A stretch of DNA of 64,000 bases from an uncultured Verrucomicrobiota bacterium. Lineage in GTDB: Bacteria; Verrucomicrobiota; Verrucomicrobiia; Limisphaerales; CAZZJO01. Below, piece after piece: positions 58,216 through 64,000 of the stretch. Under the pieces are notes generated by a model that saw only the letters and a program-made list of their open reading frames with translations, did no database searches and was not told where the DNA came from. The stretch is from contig CAZZJO010000010.1 in NCBI GenBank assembly GCA_964654645.1, positions 65,051 through 129,050 of the forward strand, written 5' to 3'. The position numbers and the translations under genes were made by a program. Position 1 is the first letter of the stretch. Every line of letters starts with the position of its first letter.

Positions 58216-58240
58216 CAAAAAAAGTAACAATCTGGTTACT
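58216..58240 (-). terminator. Weak rho-independent terminator after the FmdB-like gene
   Basis: The minus strand reads AGTAAC-cagatt-GTTACT followed by TTTTTTT. The stem is only 6 bp. Confidence 0.35.
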
Positions 58241-58333
58241 GCGCTTTCTGGCCGTTCTACCACTTACACTTAGCGTTTCCACTCCATTCTACCGAGGAAA
58301 CCAACGTGGAAAGCTTATTTGAAACTGGGAGTG

Positions 58334-58579
58334 CTACAATTTTTCGTACTCACCTTTCCCCACTTTTTTGAGGACTGTAAACCCTGCAGCTTTTGCTTCC
58401 GAGATAGACAACGGTTTCAACTTAGTCGGGGTATTGAATAAAGAAACCACCTTTCTAACCGGTTTTTTGCACGTGGGGCATTGAGTCAACTCCGGGGCAT
58501 TCACCGGTCGGAATATTACAAACCGACCACCGCAAATTGCACATTTTCCATCACATGGTTCATATTCATACAGCGGCAT
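58334..58579 (-). CDS. FmdB-family zinc-ribbon protein
   Basis: 'MPLYEYEPCDGKCAICGGRF...CPTCKKPVRKV' has the CxxC...CxxC motif and the YEY start typical of the family. Confidence 0.85.
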   Translation of the reverse strand: MPLYEYEPCDGKCAICGGRFVIFRPVNAPELTQCPTCKKPVRKVVSLFNTPTKLKPLSISEAKAAGFTVLKKVGKGEYEKL

Positions 58580-58682
58580 AGGCCGAAAAGTCCTTTCCTA
58601 CTTCCAAGAATTAAAATTCCTCGGTTGGAAAACGATGTCAACGGGCCAACCGGGGCCTCCTACCCAGGAAATGCTGGTCAAT

Positions 58683-59471
58683 CTACCTGCGCAACTGGTC
58701 GTTATCCCTCTTTAAAAGTGGGGCTAGGAGATCAATTGGCACAGGTACAAAAGTAGTGGTGTTATGTTCGCTTGCAATCTCACGCATTGTCTGAAGGAAC
58801 CGAAGTTGAACAGAAATTGGTTCCTGGGCCATCATCCTTGCAGCCTGAACCATTTTTTCTGCAGCTTGATATTCACCCTCAGCGTTGACAATCTTAGCTC
58901 GCCGTTCTCGTTCAGCTTCGGCTTGTTTAGCCATCGCCCGCTTCATCCCGTCAGGTAATACAACGTCTTTGACCTCCACCGTAGTCACTTTCACACCCCA
59001 TGGATCAGTATGCCGGTCTAAAATCTCCTGAAGCTGCTGATTGATTTTGTCACGGTGCGCTAACAACTCATCCAATTCAACTTGGCCGACAACACTTCGA
59101 AGGGTTGTTTGTGCAAGCAACGCAGTAGCCCGCCAGTAATTCTCCACCTTAATTATCGCCGCCACAGGATCTACTACCCTGAAATATACTACCGCATCCA
59201 CTGTGACGGGAACATTATCCCGAGTCATTACCTCCTGCCTTGTAACATCAATGGTAACCACACGGAGGTCTACCTTTACCATCTTATCAATTATAGGGAT
59301 TAGAATTATCAGACCAGGGCCCTTGGCACCCTTGGCGTGTAACTTCCCCAACCGGAAAATTACACCCCGTTCATACTCGCGCAGCACGCGCAACATCTGC
59401 GGTAAAATGATTACCGCCGCAATCACTATAACAACTCCCCACGGTCCGAGCTTTGCAATTAGTACATCCAT
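58683..59471 (-). CDS. SPFH/Band-7 (stomatin-like, slipin) membrane protein
   Basis: N-terminal TM segment. '[13 protein letters not shown]', '[32 protein letters not shown]' and '[19 protein letters not shown]'. Confidence 0.92.
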   Translation of the reverse strand: MDVLIAKLGPWGVVIVIAAVIILPQMLRVLREYERGVIFRLGKLHAKGAKGPGLIILIPIIDKMVKVDLRVVTIDVTRQEVMTRDNVPVTVDAVVYFRVVDPVAAIIKVENYWRATALLAQTTLRSVVGQVELDELLAHRDKINQQLQEILDRHTDPWGVKVTTVEVKDVVLPDGMKRAMAKQAEAERERRAKIVNAEGEYQAAEKMVQAARMMAQEPISVQLRFLQTMREIASEHNTTTFVPVPIDLLAPLLKRDNDQLRR

Positions 59472-59495
59472 AATTGCCTCCTTTGGTAATTGGTT

Positions 59496-60794
59496 TTACC
59501 TTGATTCTTTTTTTGGTCTAACTTTCAAAGTCAAGCCTTCAATTGCTATGATTTCAACTGTCTCGCCTTCCTGTATGGCCTCGTCACTGACAGCATTCCA
59601 GTATTCGCCTTCGATAAATACTTTACCGCCGTCTCGGTCGATTTTAGTTAAAGCCCGGGTAGTTTGCCCAATCATTGCTTCCCTACCTGTCTTAACCGGT
59701 AACAATTGAGCCTTCAGTCCTGCACCCACCACAAACAAGAAAAAGAGCACAGTGACCACAGTTGCAGGGATTATGATGCTCAAAGACAACCGAAGGAAGG
59801 GATCTGACCTATCAAACAACATCAGCGCGCCTAGGAAAAACGTTATTGCGCCACCGACTGTTAGCAACCCGTGTGATACTACAAAGAACTCGGCAATTAG
59901 CATGCCAACACCAAGCAATATTAGCACAGCCCCAGCTACATTCACAGGCAAAACTGATGCCATATAGAGCGCCAAAATTAGAGCGATTGTGCCAATTACC
60001 CCGGGGAAAATAGCACCTGGGTGATTCAACTCGGCTATTATGCCATAAATTGCAATTAAGATAAGGATGAACATGACCTCCGGCCGCATTAACTGGAATA
60101 AACGTTCACGTAACGACATAGGGATCTGGATTATCTCGGCATTTGCCGTTTTAAGGATTTTACCAGGCCGAACTTCCCGGCCATCAAGTTGCACAAGTAA
60201 ATCTTTAAGGTCATTCGCAATTAGATCGATCACGTTTATCTCAAGTGCCTTCTCAGCCGAGATTGCGGCACTTTCCGCCACGGAAGCTCGAGCCCACTCA
60301 ACGTTTCGCTTTCGTCGTGCAGCTATCGTCTCTATATAACTCGCCGCAAAATTCGACAGTTTCTGCTTCATCGCGTCATCCATTTTCTCACCACCCCCAG
60401 GAAGCCCCATAGGCACAGGATGAGCCGCCCCAATACTCGTCGTGGGTGCCATGGCAGCAACGTCAGCGGCCAAAGTTATAAAACACCCAGCGCTAGCTGC
60501 ATTCGCACCTTGCGGATAAACGTACACAACAATTGGCACCGGGGACGCCAGGAGCTGTTGAATGATAACTTTGGTGGATTCTAATAAACCACCAGGGGTA
60601 TCCAGCAAAACAACTAAACACTCATACCCCTCTTGGGCACTGACCTTAATAGCGCGCGAGATGTATTCCGCTGTAGCCGGCACTATTGCCCCCTGAACGT
60701 TAATAACCCCAACGCGCTCCACACCCAGTAGAGAAGTAGCTATACCCCAAAATAAAATCAAAATCGCAATCAACAGCCTCTTCATTCTCGACAT
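59496..60794 (-). CDS. NfeD-family membrane-bound serine protease (ClpP class) with C-terminal OB domain
   Basis: Signal peptide. 'VVLLDTPGGLLESTKVI' and 'GANAASAGCFITLAADVAAMAP' (ClpP-like Ser). Multiple TM segments. C-terminal 'VFIEGEYWNAVSDEAIQEGETVEI'. Confidence 0.9.
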   Translation of the reverse strand: MSRMKRLLIAILILFWGIATSLLGVERVGVINVQGAIVPATAEYISRAIKVSAQEGYECLVVLLDTPGGLLESTKVIIQQLLASPVPIVVYVYPQGANAASAGCFITLAADVAAMAPTTSIGAAHPVPMGLPGGGEKMDDAMKQKLSNFAASYIETIAARRKRNVEWARASVAESAAISAEKALEINVIDLIANDLKDLLVQLDGREVRPGKILKTANAEIIQIPMSLRERLFQLMRPEVMFILILIAIYGIIAELNHPGAIFPGVIGTIALILALYMASVLPVNVAGAVLILLGVGMLIAEFFVVSHGLLTVGGAITFFLGALMLFDRSDPFLRLSLSIIIPATVVTVLFFLFVVGAGLKAQLLPVKTGREAMIGQTTRALTKIDRDGGKVFIEGEYWNAVSDEAIQEGETVEIIAIEGLTLKVRPKKESR

Positions 60795-60880
60795 TAAGGA
60801 TAAATCACCTCACTCCCAATGTAAATACAAACCTTGGCTTGCTGAGCGTGTAAAGTGCGGAGGAACACTTAGCTACCCAC

Positions 60881-61705
60881 TTAAGGTTTATAGTATTTCA
60901 TCGCTTCCGGGAGAAACTCCTTTATTTTCTGGATGCGTACTTCATCCAACGGATGAGTACTCAAAAACCAGATTGTGCGTCCACCACCATGTTGACGATT
61001 ATACTCCGCAAAACGAGTCCAGAAATTTAGCGCTTCGCGAGGGTCGTACCCTGCCTTAGCCATTAATATTAGCCCTAAACGATCCGCTTCTAATTCCTGG
61101 GCACGGCTATAAGGCAACGAAACGCCCAACGTGGTCCCCGCCCCATAGACCACGGCAACTACCTGCGCCCATCTAGGATCGTAAGCTGATATCTGGCTGG
61201 TCAACCCCTTACCTATTGTATCTATAAGTAACGCTTGTGAAATACGTTCTGCACCATGACGGGCTATTACATGCCCCACTTCATGCGAAATCACTGTTGC
61301 TAAACCAGCTTCGTCCTTCGCAATTGGCAAAAGGCCTGTGTAAATCCCCACCTTACCGCCAGGTAGGCAAAATGCGTTTGGCTCCGGATTGACAAAAACT
61401 ATAAACTCCCATTGTGCTCCCGGCACATTTGCTACTGCAGCAATTCGCTTCCCTACTTGCTGTACCAAATTGTTTACCTGAGGATCGTTCGAAATCTTAC
61501 TTTGTTTTTTGAGCTTCTCAAATGAGGTAATTCCCAACTCGAGCTCCTGATCCGGTGTTATCAAAATGAGTTGTTGGCGACCAGTAATAGGCACCGTTGT
61601 GCATCCAACCAAAAAAGCAAATACCAAAACTGGGGCCACCATTGAACAAGGCCTAAACAGCCTCCGAAACCAAAGGACAAGTTCTAAGTTTGCTGTGCCG
61701 CCCAT
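60881..61705 (-). CDS. M48-family zinc metallopeptidase, probable lipoprotein
   Basis: 'VISHEVGHVIARHGAERISQ' (HExxH) and 'ELEADRLGLILMAKAGYDP'. Lipobox 'FLVGC'. The start is uncertain: the track gives 61765, and ATGs at 61705 or 61642 are more plausible. Confidence 0.85.
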   Translation of the reverse strand: MGGTANLELVLWFRRLFRPCSMVAPVLVFAFLVGCTTVPITGRQQLILITPDQELELGITSFEKLKKQSKISNDPQVNNLVQQVGKRIAAVANVPGAQWEFIVFVNPEPNAFCLPGGKVGIYTGLLPIAKDEAGLATVISHEVGHVIARHGAERISQALLIDTIGKGLTSQISAYDPRWAQVVAVVYGAGTTLGVSLPYSRAQELEADRLGLILMAKAGYDPREALNFWTRFAEYNRQHGGGRTIWFLSTHPLDEVRIQKIKEFLPEAMKYYKP

Positions 61706-61935
61706 ATATTCCAACTTTAGAACTAACGCCTTTGCGTGACAAGAATCGGGAAGGCATAGGGTCACCCATGTCGACTGGAATCAATTTCTATATCTGACAA
61801 AATTCCCAAACGAATTATCAAAATCTCCCTTAAAACCCATTTTAGTCACCGCAAACAAACGAAGGCGCCCTGGCATATAACACGGTCATGAAAATTAGCT
61901 TTACGAGCGGGTAAAGCCTCGTTTTACTTGCGGGC

Positions 61936-63216
61936 ATGAAGATCGTGCTAGCGTACTCAGGCGGTTTGGACACCTCAGTGATACTTTCTTGGCTAAAAGA
62001 GCATTATAACGCTGAGGTGATCGCTTTTTGCGCAAACATAGGTCAAGGGGAAGAATTGGAAGGCCTTGAAGAAAAAGCCCTTCGGACAGGCGCTAGTAAA
62101 TGTTACATCGTGGATTTGCAAGAGGAATTCGCTCGCGATTTCATCTTCCCCATGATCCAAGCAGGAGCTGTTTATGAAGGTCAGTATTATTTAGGTACAA
62201 GCATAGCGCGACCCTTAATAGCAAAAGCCTTAGTGGAGATAGCCCGAAGGGAGAAAGCAAATGCAGTTGCCCATGGAGCCACGGGAAAAGGTAATGATCA
62301 AGTCCGATTCGAGCTTTCCGTTGCTGCTCTAGCACCCGACCTGAAAGTGATTGCCCCATGGCGCGACCCAGAATTCAGAAAGATGTTCCCCGGACGATCT
62401 GAAATGATTGCATACTGCCAAAAGAAAAACATCCCAGTCCAAGCAACAGCTAAAAAACCTTATTCCATGGATCGTAACCTGCTCCACATCTCATACGAAG
62501 CAGGGGTTTTGGAGGATCCTTGGTTCGACGCGTTTTCTCCGGAAAACAAAGACATGTTTAAGTTGACTGTTGCCCCAGAAGATGCACCTGATGAACCCGA
62601 ATACATTACATTGGACTTTGAGCGTGGCAATTGTGTTGCGGTGAACGGTAAACGCATGACACCAGCACAAGTAATGAAAACCCTAAATGCTATAGGTGGT
62701 AAACATGGCATTGGACGAGTTGACATGGTGGAAAACAGGTACGTGGGCATGAAATCGCGCGGTGTCTACGAAACGCCAGGCGGTACCATCCTTCACTTTG
62801 CTCATAGACAAATAGAATCCCTGACCATGGACCGCGAGGTCATGCATATGCGGGATATGCTTATCCCTCGGTATGCTGAGCTGGTTTACTATGGATACTG
62901 GTTTTCTCCTGAGCGAATTGCCTTGCAAGCCTTCATTACCGAAACTCAGAAAAACGTAACTGGCACAGTACGCCTGAAGCTTTATAAAGGTAACATCATG
63001 GTTGCTGGTAGGAAGTCCCCGGTCAGCCTTTACAACCCACAAATAGCTACTATGGAAGCCAGCCCTACCGACCTCTATAACCCTGACGACGCAACTGGGT
63101 TCATTCGCCTGAACGCTTTAAGGTTAAAGGTCGCTGCCCAGGTTTTAGGTCCCATTGTTCCTATGAAAAACCACGCTAAAATCACTCCTAAAAAACACCA
63201 CAACCGCAAATCATAA
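61936..63216 (+). CDS. argG: Argininosuccinate synthase
   Basis: '[14 protein letters not shown]', '[15 protein letters not shown]' and '[14 protein letters not shown]'. Confidence 0.96.
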   Translation: MKIVLAYSGGLDTSVILSWLKEHYNAEVIAFCANIGQGEELEGLEEKALRTGASKCYIVDLQEEFARDFIFPMIQAGAVYEGQYYLGTSIARPLIAKALVEIARREKANAVAHGATGKGNDQVRFELSVAALAPDLKVIAPWRDPEFRKMFPGRSEMIAYCQKKNIPVQATAKKPYSMDRNLLHISYEAGVLEDPWFDAFSPENKDMFKLTVAPEDAPDEPEYITLDFERGNCVAVNGKRMTPAQVMKTLNAIGGKHGIGRVDMVENRYVGMKSRGVYETPGGTILHFAHRQIESLTMDREVMHMRDMLIPRYAELVYYGYWFSPERIALQAFITETQKNVTGTVRLKLYKGNIMVAGRKSPVSLYNPQIATMEASPTDLYNPDDATGFIRLNALRLKVAAQVLGPIVPMKNHAKITPKKHHNRKS

Positions 63217-63485
63217 ACCAACACCCACAATCAGATACACACACAACACACCTCCATGCTAAAGATTACTTAAGAAAAGTCTTGTGGTAAGGGCGAAAAA
63301 TAGGACACGGTCACAACAAAACGCCTAATCCCTACGACTTTGCATTGCTGCCGCAGGAGCGAGGTTTTTGCGTCACAATTAAGGGACCTTACAGCGAGAA
63401 ACCCGGACTTAAAACCTAAGAACTTGAATAGTAGCAGTAGTAAACCAAAATGGGCCTGGCAGATGGGCAAGCCCGAGCTAAAAGA

Positions 63486-64000
63486 ATGATCGACAAAATA
63501 AAATCACTAGCATATGAACTTGGGTTTGATCTGTGTGGAATTTGCGAAGCAGTACCCCCCCCGTACTTTGATTCATTTTACGTTTGGATTCAAAAGGGTC
63601 TCCATGGATCAATGGATTACCTGGCAAGGGAACCCCGACGCCGTACAAACGCCCAACTTTTATTGCCAGGTGCTCGTTCGATTGTCTGCATAGGGGCTAG
63701 TTACTGGATGTATGATATGCTTTACAGGGAATCACTCACCCCGCCTAACTCAGGACTCGTAGCGCGTTACGCAAGATTCGAAGACTATCACAATGTACTG
63801 GGCGAGAAATTACAAACGTTCAGTGAAAAACTCCGGGAACTGGACCCAGGTTTTGAAACGACTAAGTGGTACGTGGACACCGGGCCCATTCTCGAAAGGG
63901 CATACGGTATGCAGGCCGGACTAGGTTTTATTGGCAAAAACACCTCCCTGATCAGTCCGAAGCTAGGTCCTTGGATATTTCTTGGAGAGATAATCACCAC
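63486..64000 (+). CDS. queG: tRNA epoxyqueuosine(34) reductase, N-terminal ~171 codons (3' end outside window)
   Basis: Not in the ORF track because the frame is open-ended. My own translation gives 'MIDKIKSLAYELGFDLCGICEA...WIQKGLHGSMDYLAREPRRR...LLLPGARSIVCIGASY...VDTGPILERAYGMQAGLGFIGKNTSLISPKLGPWIFLGEIIT'. There is an alternative in-frame ATG at 63450. Confidence 0.88.
   Translation, partial: MIDKIKSLAYELGFDLCGICEAVPPPYFDSFYVWIQKGLHGSMDYLAREPRRRTNAQLLLPGARSIVCIGASYWMYDMLYRESLTPPNSGLVARYARFEDYHNVLGEKLQTFSEKLRELDPGFETTKWYVDTGPILERAYGMQAGLGFIGKNTSLISPKLGPWIFLGEIIT

Noticed and set aside
63788-64000. 70-aa minus-strand ORF at the window end
   Set aside because: It is antisense to the clearly recognisable queG reading frame.

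Overview
This is a 64-kb chromosomal segment with about 45 protein genes and 2 tRNAs. I recognise no rRNA, CRISPR array, transposase or integrase. About four fifths of the genes are on the minus strand. Noncoding spacers are C-rich and G-poor on the plus strand. The gene content includes an H-X9-DG (DUF1559-type) prepilin-like protein, a family-1 pectate lyase carrying TSP3-type acidic repeats, and very large beta-helix surface proteins. This points to a PVC-group bacterium, most likely Verrucomicrobiota (inference). Housekeeping blocks are: dtd (5' cut); rubrerythrin and SOD; an ECF T/A pair; ffh; tRNA-Tyr; metF; rpsP-KH-trmD; ruvX-truA-tgt; lpxK, lpxL and a heptosyltransferase; tRNA-Cys; peroxiredoxin; uppS-purA; rlmI-pfkA; FmdB-SPFH-NfeD-M48; argG; queG (3' cut). 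There are four accessory blocks. (i) 1510-14496 is a tricistronic operon of three giant exported proteins (1981, about 1100 and 1203 aa). They are built from lectin-like, FN3-like, FG-GAP/TSP3-like and long amphipathic-helical modules, with no catalytic or secretion-system family I can recognise. The operon is flanked by the two longest noncoding tracts and is my best candidate for an undescribed system. (ii) Carbohydrate genes: a 1157-aa GH-like protein, a six-hairpin GH-like protein, an exported TIM barrel and a FucU-like protein. (iii) A cluster of GntR regulator, pilin-like protein, 1149-aa beta-helix protein and pectate lyase. (iv) An outer-membrane-barrel, Wza-like and Wzc-like exopolysaccharide export locus. 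All functional calls come from reading motifs by eye in the supplied translations. No database search or structure prediction was possible.
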